Assembly: GCA_047517285.1 (NCBI GenBank)
Contig: JAKZTE010000001.1
Location: 27,498-91,497 of the forward strand
Length of the DNA stretch: 64,000 nt
Reading direction: 5' to 3'
Origin: Nitrososphaerales archaeon
GTDB taxonomy: Archaea; Thermoproteota; Nitrososphaeria; Nitrososphaerales; UBA57
Shown: positions 48,052 through 57,054 of the stretch, piece by piece
How positions within the stretch are numbered: position 1 is the first letter of the stretch
How the letters are laid out: the number at the start of each line of letters is the position of its first letter
Position numbers and translations under genes: made by a program
The notes under the pieces: generated by a model
Database searches by the model: none
Told to the model about the DNA's origin: nothing
The model's input: the letters and a program-made list of their open reading frames with translations, nothing else

Positions 48052-49203
48052 CTAAGCTCTAAATAGCAAGCTTTCCTTATGGAAAATCCAGCTTGCTATG
48101 GATATTAATATTATAGAAATAACTAAAGTGGAAGTCACAGTTAATGCTAGATGCAGTATGTTTAAATTATTTACCAGTACTTCCTGAATAATTAAAGTTA
48201 CATTTAGTATTGGAACCAAAAATGGAATTAATCCTATATCTTCTATCGATAATCCGTAAGAACCAAAGGATAGAATTACAATAAGGAAAAGCATTGGCGT
48301 TAAGTAATTATTCGCTTCTTTGAAACTCTTTGCAAAACTTGCTATAGCCATTCCTAACGAAGCGATCATAATTGCCATCAATGATAGAATCACAGTGACA
48401 ATAATTGAAGTCTGTAATGTTAGAAATATCTGCATCTGCTGGACGGATAATGTTGATAAATAGCCTACTGAACCTGATAGACTTAGCATAATGAATGCTA
48501 TTGAAACCAAAGTAGTAGAAAATACAGCTAAAAATTTCCCTGTAATTAAATCACGCCTACTGGTCGATGTCACTAAAAGAGCTTCTAATGTATGCCTCTC
48601 TTTTTCACCTACTGTTAGATCTATTGCTGCATTCATTCCGCCTGTAGCCACAATTATTGATAATAACGGAGGTAAAATTAACGAAAGTAAATATCCTGAT
48701 ACTTCGTCTTTTGTGGCTACGTCCGAAGCATAAACTTGTATTGGACTTAATATTTGTGGATCAATTTCTCTATTAACTAGCCTTTCATCTACTGTATTTT
48801 TGCTATACATACTAAGGAATTGCATAATCTTTGAATATGCTACGTTGGACGTTCTACTCGATGCATCATAATATATTGTTATATTTACATTTTGTTCATT
48901 TAATATCCTATTATCAAAATCTCTGGGTATTTCTACTCCAGCTGCAACTGTTCCATTTCTAATTGCTTCATCAATTGGTTTATCTATGACAACTACTCTC
49001 AACGATCTACTTCCATCAATTAACTTGGTAAATTCTTCTGACGACTCATAATTAATTATTGCAATATATTGTGTCTGTTCTACTATTTGTTGTTCTGTAC
49101 TAGAAAATAATAATGGTATCCCAAAAGTCATTAATGGAATCAGTAAGATGGGAATAATAACTGTTGCAAATAATGTTCGCCTATCTCTCAGTATGTCCTT
49201 CAT
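48052..49203 (-). CDS. ABC-2 family transporter permease (NatB-like)
   Basis: An N-terminal TM helix, a large extracytoplasmic loop, then five TM helices. It lies downstream of a NatA-like ATPase. Confidence 0.7.
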   Translation of the reverse strand: MKDILRDRRTLFATVIIPILLIPLMTFGIPLLFSSTEQQIVEQTQYIAIINYESSEEFTKLIDGSRSLRVVVIDKPIDEAIRNGTVAAGVEIPRDFDNRILNEQNVNITIYYDASSRTSNVAYSKIMQFLSMYSKNTVDERLVNREIDPQILSPIQVYASDVATKDEVSGYLLSLILPPLLSIIVATGGMNAAIDLTVGEKERHTLEALLVTSTSRRDLITGKFLAVFSTTLVSIAFIMLSLSGSVGYLSTLSVQQMQIFLTLQTSIIVTVILSLMAIMIASLGMAIASFAKSFKEANNYLTPMLFLIVILSFGSYGLSIEDIGLIPFLVPILNVTLIIQEVLVNNLNILHLALTVTSTLVISIILISIASWIFHKESLLFRA

Positions 49204-49238
49204 TTCTTTTTCATATACTGCTCTAATATGTTTTATAG

Positions 49239-49958
49239 CTAAGATCTCTCACCTTTTACTGCTGTAATGAATGCTTTTTCAAGCGAACCATGTTCTTTTC
49301 GAATATGTTCTATTGAATCAGTCATCAATATCTTTCCATCGTGTATGACTGCTATCTTGTCGCAAATTTCCTCAGTCTCATACATTGAATGCGATGAGTA
49401 TAATATGGTTCTTCCATCATCTTTACATTGTTTCACAAAATCAAGTACTGCACGTGATGATATTACATCTAAACCAGACGTTGGCTCATCAAAAATAAAA
49501 ACTGGCGGTTCATGAATTATTGCTCTTGCAATTGCAACTTTCTGTTTATTACCTCTAGATAATTTTCCACATCGTCTGTTTGCATATTCTACAAGCGATA
49601 ACTTCTCCAGCACTTCATCAATCTTATCATCAATTTTACTCTCGTCTATATCATTTAATATTCCAAAATATTTTATTACTTCTCTAGCAGTTAATCTGTC
49701 ATACAGTCCTACTTCCGTGGGCAAGAATCCAATATTTCTACGAACTTTTGATGAATCACTTTTTGAATTAAAACCATTAACAGTTATGTTGCCTTCCGAT
49801 GGCTGAAATACTGTAGAAACCATTCTCTGTGTGGTAGTCTTTCCGGCTCCATTGAGTCCTAATAACCCAAAAATCTCACCTTTCTCCACTTCAATATTAA
49901 TATTATCTACTGCCTTGAATTTTCCAAACCATTTGGAAACATTTTGTATCGATATCAA
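49239..49958 (-). CDS. ABC transporter ATP-binding protein (NatA-like)
   Basis: Walker A GLNGAGKTT, signature LSRGNKQKV and Walker B FIFDEPTSGLD. Confidence 0.88.
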   Translation of the reverse strand: MISIQNVSKWFGKFKAVDNINIEVEKGEIFGLLGLNGAGKTTTQRMVSTVFQPSEGNITVNGFNSKSDSSKVRRNIGFLPTEVGLYDRLTAREVIKYFGILNDIDESKIDDKIDEVLEKLSLVEYANRRCGKLSRGNKQKVAIARAIIHEPPVFIFDEPTSGLDVISSRAVLDFVKQCKDDGRTILYSSHSMYETEEICDKIAVIHDGKILMTDSIEHIRKEHGSLEKAFITAVKGERS

Positions 49959-49991
49959 TTATCATTAAATAAGTATAGTTCTATAAAATAA

Positions 49992-51092
49992 TTGGCAATG
50001 ATTGACAGAAGTATCCTACAAAAAACCGTAAAAAGCTACGATACTAATAATATATCTATTGCTGCCCTTGGTAGCCATTCTGCTCTCGACATCATGGATG
50101 GGGCTACTTCTGAAAATCTAAATACTATAGTAATTTGTCAAAAAGGCCGCGAGACAACATATAAACACTTTCATCGAATTATTAATGATGTCATAACTTT
50201 ACCTAAATTTTCCGATTTACTTACCGACGACGTACAAAAATCCTTAATCTCTAATAATTCTATTTTAATTCCTCATCGTTCATTCACTACATACATTGAT
50301 TATGATTCTATTGAAAATAACCTTCAAGTTCCTATCTTTGGTAATAGAGAAATGCTACGCACTGAAGAAAGAAATGTTGAAAAAAACCAATATTATCTTC
50401 TTGAAAAAGCTAACATTAAATATCCTAAATTATTTAACAAACCTGAAGATATTGATCGCCTTGTAATCGTAAAGGTAATGGAATCAACACGTAAAATTGA
50501 ACGTGCATTCTTTACAGCTTCTAGTTTTAAAGAATTCAATGAAAAAGCAGAAAAACGTATTGCTCAAGGTATAATAAATGCCGAGGATTTAGCTGATGCA
50601 CGTATAGAAGAGTTTGTTTTAGGCACTTATTTTAATTTTAATTTCTTTTATTCAATACTTCATGATCGTGTAGAATTTCTTGGCATAGATCGACGTCTAC
50701 AGACCAATCTTAATGACTTCACTTCATTACCTGCCAAACAACAACTGGAGATTGATGTCGAATTACAGAATATTGAAGTCGGACATATGCCTGCCACAAT
50801 TCGTGAATCATTTCTTGAAAAAGTTTTTGAAATGGGTAATAAATTTGTCGACTCTACTAAAAAAGAATTTGATCCAGGTATGATTGGACCATTTGCATTA
50901 CAAAGCGCAATTACAAAAGACTTTGAACTAGTTGTATTTGATGTTTCACCTCGTGTTCCTGGAAGTCCTGTTTTAATGATGAGCCCTTACACTCACTATT
51001 ATTATGGCGAATCATTTGGCGCTGGTAAAAGAATCGCAATGGAAATATCTGAAGCAATAAAAGAAGAACGATTAGATGAGGTGGTTACCTGA
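49992..51092 (+). CDS. purP: 5-formaminoimidazole-4-carboxamide ribonucleotide (FAICAR) synthetase PurP
   Basis: N-terminal IAALGSHSALDI and the ATP-grasp core, with DRRLQTN...E and a C-terminal region typical of archaeal PurP. Confidence 0.8.
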   Translation: MAMIDRSILQKTVKSYDTNNISIAALGSHSALDIMDGATSENLNTIVICQKGRETTYKHFHRIINDVITLPKFSDLLTDDVQKSLISNNSILIPHRSFTTYIDYDSIENNLQVPIFGNREMLRTEERNVEKNQYYLLEKANIKYPKLFNKPEDIDRLVIVKVMESTRKIERAFFTASSFKEFNEKAEKRIAQGIINAEDLADARIEEFVLGTYFNFNFFYSILHDRVEFLGIDRRLQTNLNDFTSLPAKQQLEIDVELQNIEVGHMPATIRESFLEKVFEMGNKFVDSTKKEFDPGMIGPFALQSAITKDFELVVFDVSPRVPGSPVLMMSPYTHYYYGESFGAGKRIAMEISEAIKEERLDEVVT

Positions 51093-51106
51093 ATAGTATT
51101 GCTACT

Positions 51107-52114
51107 TTGGGTTCTCATTGTGCTTTACAAGTCCTCAAAGGCGCTAAAGAAGAGGGTTTTAATACAGTCTTGGTTACTAAATCGTCTCGAGAAAAACTCT
51201 ATAGACGATATGATTTTATTGACGAATATATTGTCGTAGAAGATTTCCAAGAAATTACGAATGAGGATATCACAAATAAACTGACGGAACTGGATTCAAT
51301 TTTAATTCCTCATGGCACTTTAATTTCTGAAGTAGGAATTGAAAAAATCGAAAAACTTAATGTTCCAATCTTTGGAAACAGACATATCTTACGATGGGAA
51401 GCAGATCGAGATCTTAAAACTAAATTAATGGAAAAATCAGGTGTTTCTATTCCGAAAATATTCAATTCTCCAGAAGAAATTGATTGCCTAACAATTTCTA
51501 AATTGTCCGGAGCTCGTGGAGGCTCTGGTTATTTTCTTGCTAAAAATTCAGAAGATTATTATTCTAACGTGGATAAATTCAAAAAACAAGGTTTAATGAC
51601 TGATGCAGACGAACTCCAAATACAAGAGTACATTGTAGGCGTTCCAGTATATTTGCAATACTTTCAGTCTCCTCTCAAAAATGAATTGGAACTCTTTGGA
51701 ATAGATAAACGATATGAAACTAATGTCGATAGTTTAGGACGGATTCCAAGTACTGACCAAAATGAACTTAAAATATCTCCTACGTATATCGTAGTTGGTA
51801 ACCTGCCTCTAGTTCTCAGAGAATCTCTCCTTGTCGAAGTATATGATATTGGGGACAACTTTGTAACAGCAAGTAAAGAGTTAGTTCCACCAGGTATGCC
51901 TGGACCATTTTGTATGGAGGGCGTTTATGATTCAAATGGAAAATTCATTGCATTTGAATTTTCTGCTCGTATAGTTGCTGGTACTAATATATTTACTACA
52001 GGTTCACCATATTCTTACTTGACTCATGGCGCAAATATGAGTATGGGTAGAAGAATTGCTTTAGAAATCAAAACTGGCATCGACAATAACACATTAGATG
52101 ATTTACTTACATGA
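51107..52114 (+). CDS. PurP paralog (second FAICAR synthetase-like ATP-grasp protein)
   Basis: TLGSHCALQVLKGAKEEGFNTVLV and colinear similarity to the upstream PurP. The start is TTG at 51107; an in-frame stop at 51077 limits any 5' extension. Confidence 0.75.
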   Translation: MGSHCALQVLKGAKEEGFNTVLVTKSSREKLYRRYDFIDEYIVVEDFQEITNEDITNKLTELDSILIPHGTLISEVGIEKIEKLNVPIFGNRHILRWEADRDLKTKLMEKSGVSIPKIFNSPEEIDCLTISKLSGARGGSGYFLAKNSEDYYSNVDKFKKQGLMTDADELQIQEYIVGVPVYLQYFQSPLKNELELFGIDKRYETNVDSLGRIPSTDQNELKISPTYIVVGNLPLVLRESLLVEVYDIGDNFVTASKELVPPGMPGPFCMEGVYDSNGKFIAFEFSARIVAGTNIFTTGSPYSYLTHGANMSMGRRIALEIKTGIDNNTLDDLLT

Positions 52115-52891
52115 TCATCTGAGTGTTTCTAAAGACTTGCTATCTGGCCTCAACAAGTTCATTAATATCTCAAAATACTCGATTAATACGGATGCAAAGT
52201 TACCATCATCATTCAACTCAAACTTTGTTAGAAACTCCTCGTATTTCTCATATTTTTGTTTATTTGCATATTTATAAAATGAAAGAAATTGTGTATTTTT
52301 ACTAATCATTAACTTAGATAATTCTGACGATTCACTCAAAAAATTACGTCTCTTTAATGAAGCCAATGCAAACGCATTTCTTGCCAATAAAGAAGCATCT
52401 ATCAGATTATTTCCTGTAGGCTCATCCGACATCCATGTCACAAAAAAATTCTGAACCAGCTTTCTCTCTCTCTCATTGTTCATTAACTGAAAAACAATAT
52501 CATCTACAATCATGTTTTGAAGATGATTAAAACCTTCACTCAATGAACGCGCTTCTAAGTTGTTTAATCCTTCTTGCTCAACGACATGTGATATCACTTC
52601 ATTAATAATTTCTGTTTGATGCGACGGTGAATTTATTTCTGTAAAATATATATGTGCTAATTCATGAAGAATTAATCCATTTAACATATCCGAGTCTAAT
52701 GCCCAATCTGCAATTACAATTGAACTATTATTGGAATCAATTTTTGCATAACCCATGAATTGTAATTCGGAATCAATTTCAATAGATACCTTATTGTGCA
52801 GTTCATAACCCGCATTCTTCATATTTTTAATCGCCAAATCAAGCGATTCTTCTAAAAACTTATCCTGACTCGTCGATTTCATTCTAATCAA
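52115..52891 (-). CDS. hypothetical protein with HExxH zinc-metallopeptidase motif
   Basis: The only recognisable motif is ILHELAHIYF. Confidence 0.4.
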   Translation of the reverse strand: MIRMKSTSQDKFLEESLDLAIKNMKNAGYELHNKVSIEIDSELQFMGYAKIDSNNSSIVIADWALDSDMLNGLILHELAHIYFTEINSPSHQTEIINEVISHVVEQEGLNNLEARSLSEGFNHLQNMIVDDIVFQLMNNERERKLVQNFFVTWMSDEPTGNNLIDASLLARNAFALASLKRRNFLSESSELSKLMISKNTQFLSFYKYANKQKYEKYEEFLTKFELNDDGNFASVLIEYFEILMNLLRPDSKSLETLR

Positions 52892-52930
52892 TAAATAATT
52901 GCTTTCTAATGGTTATAAATTTAAAGAAAA

Positions 52931-53032
52931 TGGACCGGAAGGGAATTGAACCCTCGACCTTATGGGATAGTGATCTTTCCGCATGCGAAGCGGATAGTAT
53001 ATCTTTCGATTCTACCGCTGAACTACCGGCCC
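52931..53032 (-). tRNA. tRNA-Ala(CGC) with two non-canonical introns (13 nt after position 25; 17 nt after position 43/44)
   Basis: The reverse complement reads GGGCCGG TA GTTC AGCGGTA GAAT [CGAAAGATATACT] A TCCGC TTCGCAT GCGGA [AAGATCACTATCCCATA] AGGTC GAGGG TTCAATT CCCTT CCGGTCC A. G3:U70 is present. Outside the anticodon arm the exons are identical to tRNA-Ala(UGC) at 34473..34560. Confidence 0.82.
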
Positions 53033-53112
53033 TGACTTCTATATGAGATATTCACATAATTGTTTATCCAATAACTCAAAACTTAAAGAAGGCTAATATT
53101 AAGTTAATTAGA

Positions 53113-53187
53113 GCGGTCATCGTATAGTTTGGTTTAATACGTTAGCTTGCCAAGTTGATAACTCGGGTTCAAATCCCGGTGACCGCA
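53113..53187 (+). tRNA. tRNA-Gly(GCC), intron-less
   Basis: GCGGTCA TC GTAT AGTTTGGTTTA ATAC G TTAGC TTGCCAA GTTGA TAAC TCGGG TTCAAAT CCCGG TGACCGC A. This is a continuous 75-nt cloverleaf. Confidence 0.88.
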
Positions 53188-53197
53188 TATAATAAAA

Positions 53198-54466
53198 TTA
53201 TTTATCTAATTCCTTGATCAGTTCTTTCGCACGCAGAAACTTTACATCTTTCTCTTGAATCATTATTTCTGTAACTTTTTCTATTAATTTACCTCTTGCA
53301 CCTGCTGATATTGCTATATTCTTTGCATGAAGTTTCATATGACCTTCTTGAATTCCTTCAGACACTAATGCACGAAGCGCAGCAAGATTCTGTGCAAGAC
53401 CTATTGAAGCCATAATCTCGCTTAATTGAGCTGCAGTCTTCACTCTAAGAATTTTTAAACAAATCTTTGAACTTGGATGCACTGACGCTGTACCGCCTAC
53501 TATTCCTACTGGAATTGGTATTTTTATAGTCCCAAATAAATTTCCCGACGAATCTTTTTCCCATGTTGTTAATGGAATATATCTTCCTAATATCGAAGCG
53601 TATGCATGAACTGATGATTCTATAGCTCTTGTATCTTGTCCAGTTGCAATCGCTATAGCAGTTATTCCATTCATTATTCCTTTATTGCTTGTTACAGCTC
53701 TGTATGCATCATTATGTGCAAATTCTGATGCATCTAATATTGATTCAACAACCTGTTCACCGCCTAGTGACTCTTTATCAAACGTTGCAGAAGCTTCAAC
53801 AATCCTTCCAATAGCAAGATTTGAAACAATTTTTAATAGTGATTTTCCTCCCGATATTTCTTCCATTCTTGAAGATAATGATTCTGCTACTGTATTACAG
53901 GCATTAGCTCCCATTGCATCTTTACAGTCAATTAATATTTCCACAATTAACATCTTACCTCGTTTCGTATCTAGCTCTTTCAATTGTATGTCTTTTGCGC
54001 CTCCTCCCAACGACGATAATGTGGGAGTTTCTTCACAAGCTAGTTCTAGTAATATCGATTTATTGTCTAAAATATTCTTTTTTGCTAATGAAATATCGTC
54101 TATGTTGATGAGTTGTATTTGTGCACGCATGATATTTCCCATACTCTTTGCCGAAAATCCACCTCTTTCCCGTCCAAGACCTGCAGCATTACTACATGCA
54201 GCTATTACTGACGGTTCTTCTGTTGCTAAAGGAACTAAATATTCATTCTCATTAATGATAAAATTCGTGGCTATTCCTATGGGTATGGAAATTCCTCCTA
54301 TTGCATTTTCGATCATGTTTGATGCATCATCAATGTCAATTCCAGACATTGACTCCATAATCTTCAACTCTTCATCTGTTAAATCGGCAAATTCCTTCAA
54401 TTTATTTAATCTTTCATGAGCATTTAATTTGTAAAAACCAGGAATTCTTGAGTTTTTTTCTGACAT
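53198..54466 (-). CDS. hmgA: HMG-CoA reductase, class II type
   Basis: MIENAIGGISIPIGIA.NF.IN......VPLATEEPSVIAA, DAMGANA and C-terminal EGHMKLHAKN match class II (Pseudomonas mevalonii-type) motifs rather than the class I pattern. Confidence 0.85.
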   Translation of the reverse strand: MSEKNSRIPGFYKLNAHERLNKLKEFADLTDEELKIMESMSGIDIDDASNMIENAIGGISIPIGIATNFIINENEYLVPLATEEPSVIAACSNAAGLGRERGGFSAKSMGNIMRAQIQLINIDDISLAKKNILDNKSILLELACEETPTLSSLGGGAKDIQLKELDTKRGKMLIVEILIDCKDAMGANACNTVAESLSSRMEEISGGKSLLKIVSNLAIGRIVEASATFDKESLGGEQVVESILDASEFAHNDAYRAVTSNKGIMNGITAIAIATGQDTRAIESSVHAYASILGRYIPLTTWEKDSSGNLFGTIKIPIPVGIVGGTASVHPSSKICLKILRVKTAAQLSEIMASIGLAQNLAALRALVSEGIQEGHMKLHAKNIAISAGARGKLIEKVTEIMIQEKDVKFLRAKELIKELDK

Positions 54467-54511
54467 GTATAGTAGATATAAACAATAGTCAGTAAAATGA
54501 TTATCTATGAA

Positions 54512-54886
54512 TTACTTGACTGAATCGAAAGATTCTAACTCAAATCCGTATAAATTGTCTAGCGCTACTGAATAATTCTCAGTTAGGTATTCTTTAGCTT
54601 TATCACTTAATGACGCTTTATTGACCATAACTTTAAAATTAAATTCTGGAGCGTCTCCCGATTTATTATGTTGTTCTTCTAAATTTTTTAACATTTTCTT
54701 CTCTCCAATTACTAGTGTTGCAATCCGTCTTCCATCAGGTAATTGTTCATAAAACTGTACATCTATCTTCTTCTCTTTTTTATTAACTTCTAGTAAATAC
54801 CCGGTAAGTTCTAGTGTATTGGATTTTTTCATTTTTACTGAAGAAATTTCTTCTGCTAACCATTTCGGAAATTCTTGTTTACCCAC
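54512..54886 (-). CDS. hypothetical protein (124 aa), last gene of the R15P-isomerase/prs/pgk operon
   Basis: Open frame 9 nt downstream of pgk on the same strand, with no motif I recognise. Confidence 0.4.
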   Translation of the reverse strand: MGKQEFPKWLAEEISSVKMKKSNTLELTGYLLEVNKKEKKIDVQFYEQLPDGRRIATLVIGEKKMLKNLEEQHNKSGDAPEFNFKVMVNKASLSDKAKEYLTENYSVALDNLYGFELESFDSVK

Positions 54887-54895
54887 TTATCATCA

Positions 54896-56095
54896 TCACT
54901 TTGTATGTATGTTCGCAGAATTATTTAAAGCATTTAACAATGGTAATTCTTCACCAGTGAGATACCTAATTAATGCACCTCCTGCTGTACTGACATGATA
55001 AATCTTGTCCTTCAAATCTAATTGTGAAAGTACTGCACTTAGATGACCTCCACTGGTTATCGTTCTCGCATTTGTATTTGATAATTTAGTAAGAATTTCC
55101 GTAGTTCCAAGCCTAAATTCAGAATTCTCAAACATCCCTAATGGCCCTGTTATGAAAATATTTTCCGCATTATCAATCTGTTGAGAATATTTATTGATAG
55201 TTTTTTGCCCAATATCAAAAATCCGATCTGATAAATCTAGTTCTGATAAAGATTTTTCTATTCTCTTTCCATCAACTTCTACTGCAACGTCATCTGCTAA
55301 CATGAATTTTTCTGGATATTTCTCTAATAATAATTTTGCAGTATTGATTGATTCTTCATCATCTATTGACGTCACTTCCAGAGGAACTTTTTTAGTTGCT
55401 GCCAAAAAAACATTTCCAATTAAACCACCTAATAACACTTTTTCTATTCTGCCTGCTTCAATTAATTTTTGAATTGATTTTAACCTATCGGGAATTTTTG
55501 CACCACCTAAGATTGCAGTAAATTTTGTATTAGAATCTTCAACTATTCCTTTTAACGCATTGACTTCCCGTTCAACAATCTTACCTGCACACGTCGGTAT
55601 TAGTTCTGCAAATCCTACTATGGATGGGTGTGATCTATGCGATGTTGAAAATGCATCTAATACACAATAATCTATATGTTCTGCTAATTTACTAACAAGA
55701 TGCGATTTAACCGCATCTTTAGGTAACATTTCTGCATTTTCTTCTGCTGTAAATCTTAGATTGTCTAATAATAATATATCTCCTGTCTTGAGATTCTTTA
55801 TTGTATTTATTGCAGTAGGTCCAAAAACATCTGGAACAAAATTTATTTTTCTATTTAATAACTTTGAAAGTGCAGGGGCATGCTGTTCCATTGAAACATA
55901 GTCTGATTTTCCTAGTCGACCCTGGTGAGACGCGACAATTAATTTCGAATCTTTTAGTGCATCAATAGTTTCTGCAACTTCTAATAATCGTGAATCATCT
56001 AGTATCTTTAACGAGTCTGGATCAATAGGACTATTTATATCACATCGTAAGAAAACTGTCTTTCCCTTGATGTCTAAGTCTTGTATTGATAGCAT
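54896..56095 (-). CDS. pgk: phosphoglycerate kinase
   Basis: V.LR.D.N.P, ASHQGR and the C-terminal SGGH/STAGGA motifs. Length is 399 aa. Confidence 0.93.
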   Translation of the reverse strand: MLSIQDLDIKGKTVFLRCDINSPIDPDSLKILDDSRLLEVAETIDALKDSKLIVASHQGRLGKSDYVSMEQHAPALSKLLNRKINFVPDVFGPTAINTIKNLKTGDILLLDNLRFTAEENAEMLPKDAVKSHLVSKLAEHIDYCVLDAFSTSHRSHPSIVGFAELIPTCAGKIVEREVNALKGIVEDSNTKFTAILGGAKIPDRLKSIQKLIEAGRIEKVLLGGLIGNVFLAATKKVPLEVTSIDDEESINTAKLLLEKYPEKFMLADDVAVEVDGKRIEKSLSELDLSDRIFDIGQKTINKYSQQIDNAENIFITGPLGMFENSEFRLGTTEILTKLSNTNARTITSGGHLSAVLSQLDLKDKIYHVSTAGGALIRYLTGEELPLLNALNNSANIHTK

Positions 56096-56123
56096 GTTTA
56101 ATCATACTCCCCGATTATAATTC

Positions 56124-57041
56124 TTATTCGAGTGTATCTTTTATTGTTCTGGCAATTACGTCAGATACACTGACATAACTAACTGGACTTGGAACTGTAT
56201 CTGTTCCCACCACTATTGAAACACCAGAATTGTATATGTTTGCTAGGGCCGAGTCAAATGGCGTTTTTCCACGAAGTACAGGATGCGTACATCCAACGAC
56301 AATTTTACCTGCGCCTGCTTCTTGAATTAATTTTACTGCTTCAATAATTGTACCGCCAGAACTAATGATGTCGTCAATGATGACAACATCTTTTCCCTTT
56401 ACGGGAAGAAGTTTACCCTCCCTTGTAGTAATGCTGACTTCTGTAGCACTGTATCTTGTTTTAAACATAATCTCATAATCAACTCCCATTGTCTCTGCAG
56501 CTACTTTTGCCCATTGTTCTGATTCTTCATCAGGTCCTATGACTAATGTATTCTGTAATCCTGCATTCTCTTTAATCCATTTTGCAATATCTGGAACTGC
56601 ACTGAGATTCTTTGTAGGAGTATTCTTGATTAAATCACTCAAATCATTAACTCTCTGAAGATGCAAGTCAATTGTATAGATCATATCTATTCCTAAATTA
56701 TCTATTATTTTAGAAACTAAATGGAAACTTCCAGGTTCGCCTGGATTGAATCTAGAATCTTGTCGAGCATATGCGAAGTATGGCACAAATGTAGTAATTG
56801 ATTTTGCCTTTCCATCCTTCAATGCAGAACAAATTAAAAGATATTCAATAAATAATTCATCTGGTTTCAAACCCATTGGATGAATTAATACAACATCTTC
56901 ATTCTCAATTTCATCATGATAGCGAACATATTTTTCACCATCTGGAAACTTTGTTATTTCAATCTGACCTAGTTTCGCATCAAGTAATTTAGCTACTTTT
57001 GTTGCCAAAACTTGGCCTTCTGATCCACCGTATATTATCAT
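56124..57041 (-). CDS. prs: ribose-phosphate pyrophosphokinase (PRPP synthetase)
   Basis: FPDGE, YARQD, DLH and the PRPP-binding loop VVIIDDIISSGGT. Confidence 0.9.
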   Translation of the reverse strand: MIIYGGSEGQVLATKVAKLLDAKLGQIEITKFPDGEKYVRYHDEIENEDVVLIHPMGLKPDELFIEYLLICSALKDGKAKSITTFVPYFAYARQDSRFNPGEPGSFHLVSKIIDNLGIDMIYTIDLHLQRVNDLSDLIKNTPTKNLSAVPDIAKWIKENAGLQNTLVIGPDEESEQWAKVAAETMGVDYEIMFKTRYSATEVSITTREGKLLPVKGKDVVIIDDIISSGGTIIEAVKLIQEAGAGKIVVGCTHPVLRGKTPFDSALANIYNSGVSIVVGTDTVPSPVSYVSVSDVIARTIKDTLE

Positions 57042-57054
57042 TTCATATTACCTT

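Noticed and set aside
53685-54419. A 244-aa ORF on the plus strand, the longest unassigned ORF in the track.
   Set aside because: It lies entirely antisense to the well-supported HMG-CoA reductase gene. Its product is low-complexity (Ser/Ile/Phe/Ala-rich) with no motif, which is typical of a shadow frame.
56124-57041. Whether the prs-like gene might instead be the phosphoribulokinase expected next to RuBisCO.
   Set aside because: It has the PRPP-synthetase/PRTase motifs (FPDGE, YARQD, VVIIDDIISSGGT) and no P-loop of the PRK/uridine-kinase type.
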